The notes under the pieces were generated by a model. It did not search any database, was not told where the DNA came from, and saw nothing but the letters and a program-made list of their open reading frames with translations. Shown here piece after piece: positions 9,355 to 17,114 of a stretch of DNA of 64,000 nt. Source of the stretch: Nitrospirales bacterium (GTDB taxonomy: Bacteria; Nitrospirota; Nitrospiria; Nitrospirales; UBA8639); contig OZ244941.1 in the NCBI GenBank assembly GCA_965222275.1, positions 1,079,184-1,143,183 on the forward strand, written 5' to 3'. The stretch's first letter is position 1, and every line of letters starts with the position of its first letter. The translations under genes and the position numbers were made by a program.

Positions 9355-10170
9355 CTATGCTGAAGAGGAGTCTTCAGGTGGGGGTGGCGCTTTTGATGGT
9401 TCCGGGTTTTTAAGAAACGGGCTTAATAAGTCGATGGGCAAGGGAAACAGAATGATGGAATTTTTATCCCCGGCCACGTTCATGACGGTTTCCATATACC
9501 GTAATTGCAGGGCGGCCGGATTCTGGCTCAGGATGTTGGCGGCATCGGAGAGGCGCTGGGAGGCCTGAAATTCTCCTTCGGCATGGATGACTTTCGACCG
9601 CCGCTCCCGTTCGGCTTCCGCCTGCCTCGCAATCGCCCGCTGCATTTCCTGGGGGAGATCCACGTTCTTGACTTCGACGGCGGACACCTTGATGCCCCAG
9701 GGTTCGGTGGCCTGGTCGATAATCCGCTGCAAGTCCGCGTTAATTTCATCCCGTTTCGAGAGCAGGTCATCCAAGTGACTCTGGCCCAGGACGCTCCGCA
9801 AGGTCGTTTGGGCGATCATGGAGGTGGCATAATAATAGTCCTCCACCCCGACAATGGCTTTTTCCGACTCCACCACGCGAAAATAAATCACCGCGTTGAC
9901 TTTGACCGACACGTTGTCTTTCGTGATGACGTCTTGGGGAGGCACGTCCATGGTCACGGTTCGGAGGCTCACGCGAAGCAGTTTATCGATCAACGGGATG
10001 ATGATAACAATGCCGGGTCCATTCTTCCCGATGAGGCCTTTGGCCAGACGGCCCACGCGAAAAATGACGGCTCGCTCATATTCCCGCAGGATGTACAACC
10101 CTTTCGAGATGATGATGACGAGTCCCAGGAACAGGATAAACAGCATGGTGGAATTCAAGGGTGACTCCAT
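9355..10170 (-). CDS. SPFH/band-7 (stomatin-like) protein
   Basis: An N-terminal TM is followed by [26 protein letters not shown], and a coiled-coil tail [23 protein letters not shown]. The start lies 2 nt after the nfeD stop. Confidence 0.88.
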   Translation of the reverse strand: MESPLNSTMLFILFLGLVIIISKGLYILREYERAVIFRVGRLAKGLIGKNGPGIVIIIPLIDKLLRVSLRTVTMDVPPQDVITKDNVSVKVNAVIYFRVVESEKAIVGVEDYYYATSMIAQTTLRSVLGQSHLDDLLSKRDEINADLQRIIDQATEPWGIKVSAVEVKNVDLPQEMQRAIARQAEAERERRSKVIHAEGEFQASQRLSDAANILSQNPAALQLRYMETVMNVAGDKNSIILFPLPIDLLSPFLKNPEPSKAPPPPEDSSSA

Positions 10171-10172
10171 GG

Positions 10173-11501
10173 TTATGGACTTTCGTTTTGAGGTTCTACG
10201 GGTTTGACGTGGACCGTGAGACCCTCGACTTGCGTGATTTGAATAGGCTGTCCTTCTGTCACCGGCGCCGAACTGACGGCATCCCAGATTTCACCTTGGA
10301 AAAAAATTTTCCCGGTCGGTGTCAGACTCGTTTTCGCGGATCCGATACGACCGATCATCCCTTCGCTGCCGGTGGACGCCTGCCGGCGTAAGGCACGGAC
10401 GCCGAAATTGACCACGAGAAACGTAAACCCGACCGCCAGGGCGATGACGGGAAGCATAACAGACCAGGAGATCTGATAATAGGGGAAATCCTCGTTGAAG
10501 AGAAAAAGCGACCCCAGAATCATGGCGGTAACCCCGCCGATGGCCAACAACCCGTAACTGGTGACGGTGACCTCCAGGATCAACATGACGATGCCCAGAA
10601 TGAACAACAGCACCCCCGCGTAGTTCACGGGAAGGGACTGGAGGGAATAAAAGGCAAGGATCAGGCTGATGGCGCCCACCACGCCGGGCAAAATCGCACC
10701 CGGGCTGTAGAGTTCCGCGATCAACCCGATGGTGCCGATGGTCATGAGCACGTAGGCGATATTCGGGTCGCTGATGGCTTTCATGGTTTCGAGTCGCCAA
10801 CTCATGGGAAAATCCCGGGTGCGCGCGTCCTGAGTCAGAAGGGTGACGGTCTGTTCACCAAGGGAGAGTTCCCACCCGTCGAGTTGTTGGAATAAGTCAT
10901 TGAGGTCCGACGCAATCAGATCGACCACGCCCAACTCTTGGGCTTCCGTGGCAGTGGCCGAGACGCTTTTCTTGACGGCGTTTTCCGCCCATTCGACGTT
11001 CCGGCCCCGACGTTCGGCAATGGAACGGATATAGGCGACCGCGTCATTCTCCACCTTTTCCTTCATCACCTCGTCCATTTCCCCGCCTCCCATGGCCACG
11101 GGGTGGGCCGCTCCAATATTGGTCCCCGGAGCCATGGCCGACACGTGCGCCGCCAAGGTGAGGAAGACCCCGGCCGACGCGGCACGCCCGCCGGTAGGGG
11201 CGACGTAGACCACAATGGGAAGTTGGGCCCCCGTGATATCTTTAATCATCAAACGCATCGACGTGTCCAGTCCTCCGGGCGTATCGAGTTGAAATACGAG
11301 AAGCTGGGCGCGTTCCTGCTCGGCATGGGCAATGGCTTCGTGGAGATATTCGGCGGCGACGGGATTGATCACTCCTTCATAGGCGGCGGTGACCACCAGG
11401 GAAGGTTCAGCCCGGGAGAGGCCGATGTGACAAGAGAAAAACAGAACGCTCAGCGCGATGAGCGTGCGTCCTTTCCGATTTTGCCACACGGAAACAGGCA
11501 T
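10173..11501 (-). CDS. NfeD-family membrane-bound ClpP-class serine protease
   Basis: ClpP-like N-domain ([21 protein letters not shown]), a central multi-TM block, and a C-terminal OB/NfeD beta domain ([14 protein letters not shown]). It forms the classical operon pair with the downstream SPFH gene. Confidence 0.85.
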   Translation of the reverse strand: MPVSVWQNRKGRTLIALSVLFFSCHIGLSRAEPSLVVTAAYEGVINPVAAEYLHEAIAHAEQERAQLLVFQLDTPGGLDTSMRLMIKDITGAQLPIVVYVAPTGGRAASAGVFLTLAAHVSAMAPGTNIGAAHPVAMGGGEMDEVMKEKVENDAVAYIRSIAERRGRNVEWAENAVKKSVSATATEAQELGVVDLIASDLNDLFQQLDGWELSLGEQTVTLLTQDARTRDFPMSWRLETMKAISDPNIAYVLMTIGTIGLIAELYSPGAILPGVVGAISLILAFYSLQSLPVNYAGVLLFILGIVMLILEVTVTSYGLLAIGGVTAMILGSLFLFNEDFPYYQISWSVMLPVIALAVGFTFLVVNFGVRALRRQASTGSEGMIGRIGSAKTSLTPTGKIFFQGEIWDAVSSAPVTEGQPIQITQVEGLTVHVKPVEPQNESP

Positions 11502-11635
11502 GGGCCCAAACCGGAAAGAAGTTGTGCGAAAGATAGTCAATGCGGAGGAAACCTCCTACACAAACAATCTTACGACCCTCTCCGAAGGCTGTCAAGAAAA
11601 TGCACCCGTTCGGTAGACCTGAGAATCCTTTCCAT

Positions 11636-11728
11636 ACCCTCGCCCCTGGCGGGAGAGGGCTGGATGAGGGGGAATCCAGCGTCTTTGATCTTTGTCTTTT
11701 GTATGTAGCGGCGTCATCTCATGACGCC
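11636..11728. repeat. REP cluster (ggagagg-family plus TGTAG-hairpin)
   Basis: ccctcgcccctggcgggagagggctggatgaggggg and tgtagcggcgtcatctcatgacgcc. Confidence 0.65.
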
Positions 11729-11846
11729 TTTTCTCTTCTGTCATCCCCGACCAGATCGGGGATCCAGGGTTTTTGTCTTTGCATTCGTGGCCGTGACCTC
11801 CCTGCTCGGAGGCAGGGACATACCTGATATCGGATCATGGTGTGAA

Positions 11847-11880
11847 AAAAGAAAGGCAGCCACGTGGCTGCCTTTCTTTT
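11847..11880 (-). terminator. Rho-independent terminator downstream of the TbpB-like gene
   Basis: Perfect hairpin aaaagaaaggcagcc-acgt-ggctgcctttctttt with flanking A/T runs on both sides, 50 nt after the stop at 11930. Confidence 0.7.
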
Positions 11881-11929
11881 GACCTGCGGTAAGAATGTGC
11901 CCCGCCATGCCGGACTACGGATGAGATTA

Positions 11930-13279
11930 TTACTGTTTATACGCGCCGAAGACGCCGACGAAGTTTACGGCATCATCCGTAGAGTTTCCACCGAACGTTC
12001 CGCCGACCGAACCCGGTCTGCCGTCCGACTCCCCGTTGCCGAAAAACTGGCCGCCCCAGTTGCCCACGTACGTGCGCTCACTGTCGGCGCCGGTCACTGC
12101 ACCCTCAAAGAAGCCGCTGTTCTGCGAACCGATGGCGGCCGTTCCGAGATTCAACCTCCCCGTATCCGGTTCACCATCGACCACAAAATTGGTGATCGCT
12201 CCACTGATCGTGCCAAGATCGCTCGCGCCGCCGAAGTTGGCCGTCAGCGCAACGTCGCCCTCGAATTCCCCAAGAGCGGTTGTTGTGGCAGTCTTCTCCG
12301 CATAGACACCAACCGCATTCCCGCGATACGTGGCCGAGCCGGTAAGTGGCATGAGGTTCGCCTGCATGAAGGGATCGTTCCCATCGCCAAAGACACCGAA
12401 CGTGTAGCCGTCAGCATTGCGCGTATTGGTAGGAACGACCAGCCATACTCCACCCGACAGATAGTCGGTGTCGTTGACCGTCACGGTCTGCGTGCCACCA
12501 GACACTGGCATCGCACCCGAGGGAAGGGCAAGGATTTCCCAATTCCCATCAGCATTCTTTCTCGCCGAGAATCTACTGATGTTCAGGCCTTGACCCGCAC
12601 AAATACCCACACCAAAACAGCCGAATCCATCTGGTCGGACCGTAAAGGTAAACATGTTTCCGCCGCCTTCATAGCGGATGGATTGGCCTGGAGCCACAAT
12701 GGACCCCACGCCGCCCGCGGCGCTGGCTGACTGCTGGGTCGTCGACGCTTTGATATCCGAGTACGCGGCCACGTACACCGTGCCGCCGGTGACGCGCTTA
12801 CTCAACTCGGCACCTTTCCACGGAGGCGTAGTCTCCTCAATCTGTTCGGGATTGCCTTCCCCCATGGCAAATGACCAGGCCGTGCCATTCCGAACTGCAA
12901 ACCGGGGTCCGCTGGCGCTGTACGCCGTCGTGACCTCCACCTGATCGGTCGTGACGCCATTACTGTTCACATTCGATGATTGTGTGACACTGCCGGCACG
13001 GGGTGTGGCCCGTGCAGCTTGTCCGATTACGGCCACGATGTTATCAGCCTCCTCCTGGGTGGCCGATAAGTCGCCGAAGACTGAGACCGACGGCATCGTC
13101 CCATCGCCTGGCTGTTGGGCAGGTGGTTGTTGAGAGTCCGGCATTGAGCCGCCGCCCCCGCCGTTACCTCCCATCTGATCCATTGAACTCATCGAGCCGC
13201 CACCCCCGCCGCCGCCGCATCCGGCCAAGACCATGGTAGTAATTATAATCAAAGTACAGACCAATCTTTGCAAGTTCAT
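11930..13279 (-). CDS. Surface-lipoprotein-like protein with TbpB/fHbp-type C-terminal beta-barrel domain
   Basis: ATG 13279 gives MNLQRLVCTLIIITTMVLAGC, with lipobox LAGC followed by a poly-Gly linker. The C-terminal signature is LTGSATYRGNAVGVY...GDVALTANFG...ISGAITNF...WGGQFFG...GGTFGG...VGVFGAYKQ-stop. Confidence 0.75.
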   Translation of the reverse strand: MNLQRLVCTLIIITTMVLAGCGGGGGGGSMSSMDQMGGNGGGGGSMPDSQQPPAQQPGDGTMPSVSVFGDLSATQEEADNIVAVIGQAARATPRAGSVTQSSNVNSNGVTTDQVEVTTAYSASGPRFAVRNGTAWSFAMGEGNPEQIEETTPPWKGAELSKRVTGGTVYVAAYSDIKASTTQQSASAAGGVGSIVAPGQSIRYEGGGNMFTFTVRPDGFGCFGVGICAGQGLNISRFSARKNADGNWEILALPSGAMPVSGGTQTVTVNDTDYLSGGVWLVVPTNTRNADGYTFGVFGDGNDPFMQANLMPLTGSATYRGNAVGVYAEKTATTTALGEFEGDVALTANFGGASDLGTISGAITNFVVDGEPDTGRLNLGTAAIGSQNSGFFEGAVTGADSERTYVGNWGGQFFGNGESDGRPGSVGGTFGGNSTDDAVNFVGVFGAYKQ

Positions 13280-13613
13280 AATGTGTCTCCCGTAACCCCT
13301 ACCTTCTGAAAAAATAGGATAGATGAAGTAGATGAATAAGTGACCGCGACCGGAATGGTCGGGCCAACCCGTATCACCCAGGTAGTGTGGGAGACCCTGC
13401 GTATTCACCGTTAAAATCGATCTGCTAACTCTGGGAGCTACCCAGGTCGGCGAGATCAGGTTGTTGTATTAAGCAGGCGACCCGACGAGGGCAACCTGAG
13501 TAATACGGGCAGGCAAATGTTAGCAAACTCAATGAGGTATGTCCAGAGCCATGACTTGGAATGCGGTACCGACAAATGCAATGGCGTGAGAGGTGGGTTC
13601 AGGAATAACACAA

Positions 13614-13742
13614 TTGTAGGAGCAGACCCCCGTGCCTGCCCCTACAAGGCGGCTCCCGGGTTACGGCAGCAGGGCGGGCACAGGGGCCCGCCCCTACTGA
13701 TAAAGAACACGGGGTTGTAGGGGACGGCCCCTGTGCCGTCCC
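13614..13742. repeat. Three TGTAG-hairpin REP elements in alternating orientation
   Basis: 13614-13647 ttgtaggagcagacccccgtgcctgcccctacaa; 13672-13697 gggcgggcacaggggcccgcccctac (reverse orientation); 13715-13742 ttgtaggggacggcccctgtgccgtccc. Confidence 0.8.
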
Positions 13743-13794
13743 AAGTTCGGGAATCACGCGGCACAAGTTGCAACCCCAGGGGCAGGCTCCTAGA

Positions 13795-14673
13795 ATGCGG
13801 GCGATGCCCACGTTTCAATCAGGTCAACGCGTCCATCTGGTCGACAAGAAAGGGCGGCAGTATGCCCTTACGCTCAAAGCCGGCGATCGGTTTCAACATA
13901 GCGGGGAGACCATTCCGCATGACGACCTCATCGGACAGCCTGACGGGACCATGGTTCGTCTTTCAGGGGGGAAGACCATGATGGCCTTGAGGCCCACCTT
14001 GGCGGAATACACGCTGAAGATGCCTCGTGGCGCGCAAGTCCTCTACCCCAAGGACATCGCCATGATCCTCATGTGGGCCGACGTGTACCCGGGTGCCTCC
14101 GTGTTCGAGGCGGGGGTCGGCTCCGCGGCCTTGACGCTGGGGTTGCTGCGCGCGGTGGGCGACCGCGGGCGAGTCGTGAGCTATGAAAGACGGGAGGACT
14201 TCGCTCGAACCGCGATAAAAAATATCGAGAGATTTCTGGGCCCCGTGGCCAACTTTCATTTGGTGCAACGCGATGCACATGAAGGCATTGGCTGGGACGT
14301 GGACGGCACTCCTCACGTCTTCGACCGGGTGATCCTGGATTTGCCGGAACCCTGGAACGTGGTGCCGCATGTGCCGGCTGTGCTCAGGTCCGGCGGCATT
14401 TATCTGAGTTTTGTCCCGACGGTGCCCCAAGTGGTTCAGACGGTGGAGGCCCTGCAACGGACCAGGGCTTTCGGACTGATCGAAACCTTCGAGACCCTTG
14501 TGCGCCATTGGAATATCGACGGGCGCAGCGTGCGGCCGGACCTGCGGATGATCGCCCATTCTGGATTCATCACCGTCGCCCGGCGCATGGAAAAGGGCGA
14601 GGCCCCTGCGGAGCCCGCTGTCGTATCCGGTGATGAAGGCGAAGCCGAAGACCCGGTGTGTGATGGCGGCTGA
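13795..14673 (+). CDS. trmI: tRNA (adenine-N1)-methyltransferase (TrmI/GCD14 family)
   Basis: N-terminal beta domain FQSGQRVHLVDKKGRQYALTLKAGDRFQHSGETIPHDDLIG, SAM motif VFEAGVGSAALTLGL, and DRVILDLPEPW. Confidence 0.85.
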   Translation: MRAMPTFQSGQRVHLVDKKGRQYALTLKAGDRFQHSGETIPHDDLIGQPDGTMVRLSGGKTMMALRPTLAEYTLKMPRGAQVLYPKDIAMILMWADVYPGASVFEAGVGSAALTLGLLRAVGDRGRVVSYERREDFARTAIKNIERFLGPVANFHLVQRDAHEGIGWDVDGTPHVFDRVILDLPEPWNVVPHVPAVLRSGGIYLSFVPTVPQVVQTVEALQRTRAFGLIETFETLVRHWNIDGRSVRPDLRMIAHSGFITVARRMEKGEAPAEPAVVSGDEGEAEDPVCDGG

Positions 14674-14738
14674 ACCCGTTCCATCCGATGCGGACCTGCC
14701 GGGGCAGGCCGTAGGGGCGGTGTCCGCCCTGTGAGGCG

Positions 14739-15116
14739 ATGAAAACACTCCTCATAGCAGACGATGATCCCGATCTCCGGTTGTTGCTTCAAACCACCCT
14801 GGAAGATCCGGCCTATCGCATCCTGGAAGCCTCGGACGGGGAATCGGCCTTGCACCTGGTTCGTCAGGAACGGCCGGACGTGGTGATCCTGGATCGGATG
14901 ATGCCCAAACTCAATGGCCTGGAAGTGGCCCGAGCCGTGCTGGCTGATCCGGCCATCCGGCATATCCCCCTGATTCTTCTGACGGCCCTGGAGCAGCCTG
15001 CGGCCGGCGACGGTGAGCCGGCACCGGAGGTCTTTGCCTATCTGGTCAAACCCTTCAGCCCCTTGCAACTGCTCGAAACCGTCCGGCAGGCGCTCGGCCA
15101 AACGAGCATAGCCTAG
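14739..15116 (+). CDS. Single-domain response regulator (CheY-like receiver)
   Basis: [27 protein letters not shown] (phospho-acceptor Asp), PLILLTA and LVKPF. Confidence 0.85.
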   Translation: MKTLLIADDDPDLRLLLQTTLEDPAYRILEASDGESALHLVRQERPDVVILDRMMPKLNGLEVARAVLADPAIRHIPLILLTALEQPAAGDGEPAPEVFAYLVKPFSPLQLLETVRQALGQTSIA

Positions 15117-15129
15117 CCCCTGGTCACCG

Positions 15130-15969
15130 ATGAAACTCTCTCAGGATTTCGTCCCGGATGATGATCTCAATAAACAACTGCGTTCGGCCAAGTCGCAACT
15201 GGCCCTGTATGCCAAAGATCTGAAAGCCCTGTTGTCTCGTGAACGGAAAAAATCGCACAAACTGGAAACGACGAATAAGCAGTTGCAGGCCTATGCCCAG
15301 GACCTGAAGGCGGCCTATGCGACCCAACAACACAAAACACGGGAACTCGAAAAAGCCTATGCCGACACCGTGGTCCGCCTGACCCTGGCTTCCCGGTACA
15401 AGGACGAAGAGACCGGCGCGCACATTCAGCGCCTGAGTCACTACAGCAAAATCCTGGCGCTGGTCATCGGACTCGATGAACAGGACGCACAACTGATTTT
15501 CGACGCGGCGCCCATGCATGACGTGGGGAAGGTCGGGATCCCCGACGGGATCATGCAAAAACAGGGACCGTTGGATGAACAGGAATGGGAAATCGTCAAA
15601 CGACACCCGATCCTGGGAGCCAATCTGTTGGCCGGTTCCCCGTCGTTGTTATTGCAAACCGCGCGAGACATCGCCCTCACGCATCATGAACGGTGGGATG
15701 GGAGCGGCTACCCGCAAGGGTTGAAAGGCGAGACCATTCCATTGGGCGGGCGTATGGTCATGTTGGGGGATACCTATGATGCGCTTCGGAGCGTGCGACC
15801 GTATAAACCGGCCTTTTCCCATGAAAAAGCCTGTGACATCATCCTGAATGGCAACGCGCGAACCCAACCCCGGCATTTCGATCCGACGCTCCTCGAAGCC
15901 TTTCGGGACAAGCACCTTGAGTTCGATCGGACTTTTTCGGAAATCAGAGAGGAAGAATCTTCGCCCTAG
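15130..15969 (+). CDS. HD-GYP domain phosphohydrolase (putative c-di-GMP phosphodiesterase) with N-terminal coiled coil
   Basis: [22 protein letters not shown] and [24 protein letters not shown] (the HD...GYP signature). The start lies 13 nt after the receiver gene. Confidence 0.85.
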   Translation: MKLSQDFVPDDDLNKQLRSAKSQLALYAKDLKALLSRERKKSHKLETTNKQLQAYAQDLKAAYATQQHKTRELEKAYADTVVRLTLASRYKDEETGAHIQRLSHYSKILALVIGLDEQDAQLIFDAAPMHDVGKVGIPDGIMQKQGPLDEQEWEIVKRHPILGANLLAGSPSLLLQTARDIALTHHERWDGSGYPQGLKGETIPLGGRMVMLGDTYDALRSVRPYKPAFSHEKACDIILNGNARTQPRHFDPTLLEAFRDKHLEFDRTFSEIREEESSP

Positions 15970-15980
15970 CCCTGTCTTGA

Positions 15981-16199
15981 ACCCTCGCCCCTAGTCCGAA
16001 ATGAGGCGAAGCCCCCGACATTTTTAATCGGGGGGGAGGGTGAGGGGGAGATGACAGGGATGGCACGACTACAAAAGGAGAGGAAAAAGACGATCATTTT
16101 TCCCCTGTTCCCCCTGAATTGTAGGGACAGGCCTCTGTGCCTGTCCGTGGGGAAGTAGAGCGCACAAGATGTCGGATTACGCGACGCTAATCCGACCTA
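15981..16199. repeat. Composite REP cluster containing all three REP families
   Basis: 15981-16050 ccctcgcccc...gggggggagggtgagggggag; 16119-16146 ttgtagggacaggcctctgtgcctgtcc; 16168-16199 atgtcggattacgcgacgctaatccgacctac. Confidence 0.75.
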
Positions 16200-16223
16200 C
16201 GGCCTGCTCGCGGCGTGCAACGC

Positions 16224-16652
16224 TCAGCGCCGCGGGGAATCGACCGGGTATCCGGCTTCGGCCCAGGCGTTCATGCTCCCCATGACGTTATACACGTATT
16301 GGTATCCGAGGCTGGCCAGCGTTTCGGCGGCGATGTTGCTCCGGTGACCGGATTGACAATACACGACAATATGATCGTCGAGCCTTGCACCGATTTCCAC
16401 GTGGCGACGGCCGATCTCCCGAAAATCGATATTGCCATCGGTGCCGGGAATGAAGCCCGTCATATGTTCATCTCCGGTGCGGACGTCAATCAGAAAAAAC
16501 CCTTTCTGCTGGAGGCTCGGGGCTTTTTGAAGTCCCCGGTTCAACTCCTGGACGGTCAGCACGTACGTTTGTTGAGCCGAGACGGAACCGCCCAGCACCA
16601 TCAATGCGAGTGAGAGACCCATGAGGCCACTGAGGATTGTCCGGATCTTCAT
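16224..16652 (-). CDS. Periplasmic rhodanese-domain sulfurtransferase
   Basis: Signal peptide MKIRTILSGLMGLSLALMVLGGSVSAQ, FLIDVRTGDEH..GFIPG, and active-site loop VVYCQSGHRS. Confidence 0.8.
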   Translation of the reverse strand: MKIRTILSGLMGLSLALMVLGGSVSAQQTYVLTVQELNRGLQKAPSLQQKGFFLIDVRTGDEHMTGFIPGTDGNIDFREIGRRHVEIGARLDDHIVVYCQSGHRSNIAAETLASLGYQYVYNVMGSMNAWAEAGYPVDSPRR

Positions 16653-16725
16653 ATATAACCTCCCTGTCGAAATAGTGTGGAGGAGAATCAGGAACGACAT
16701 GCACTTCCTGCGTATAGAATATCCT

Positions 16726-17055
16726 ATGCCCACTTTCGGAATTTGGTCAAGAGCAGGCGTGACTCTCATCGTCGCGATGGGGTTCGTGATGGGGGGATGT
16801 GGCGGCGGCGTTCAGGTCATTCGAGAGAGCCCGGATTCTGGAGTTGTCCGGTATCTGTACAAGGGAGATGATGGACACCTGTACACCTCCAAGCGCGGCG
16901 AGGCGTTTGACAAGATTCGCGAGTTCTGTCGTGGCCCGTACCAGGTGCTTAAAGAAGGAAAAACGAAAGGCCGGCAACGGGTGGTCGAGGGCATGGGAGG
17001 CACCGAAGTCGTGACCGAAGACTGGTGGGGCATCCGGTTTCAATGCACGAAGTAG
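16726..17055 (+). CDS. Small lipoprotein of unknown function
   Basis: MPTFGIWSRAGVTLIVAMGFVMGGC (lipobox). The C-terminal string FCRGPYQVLKEGKTKGRQRVVEG has a decayed paralogous copy at 35213-35272. Confidence 0.6.
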   Translation: MPTFGIWSRAGVTLIVAMGFVMGGCGGGVQVIRESPDSGVVRYLYKGDDGHLYTSKRGEAFDKIREFCRGPYQVLKEGKTKGRQRVVEGMGGTEVVTEDWWGIRFQCTK

Positions 17056-17114
17056 CGGAAGGCGCTATGAGGCCTCTCCCTGCCCCCGAGCAGGGATGGT
17101 ATGGCTGCAAATAT

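Noticed and set aside
11864-12730. 288-aa plus-strand ORF opposite the TbpB-like gene.
   Set aside because: The minus-strand frame has a lipobox, a linker and a recognisable C-terminal barrel signature. The plus-strand product starts inside the terminator hairpin and has no features.
13614-13742. Possible CRISPR array, because of closely spaced similar GC-rich repeats.
   Set aside because: There are only three copies, in alternating orientation and with irregular spacing. They belong to the genome-wide TGTAG-hairpin REP family, and no cas genes are in the window.
17077-17096. 7-bp hairpin (tccctgc-N6-gcaggga) between the convergent lipoprotein and giant genes, considered as a possible terminator.
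   Set aside because: The stem is short and there is no T-tract on either strand, so it is too weak to call.
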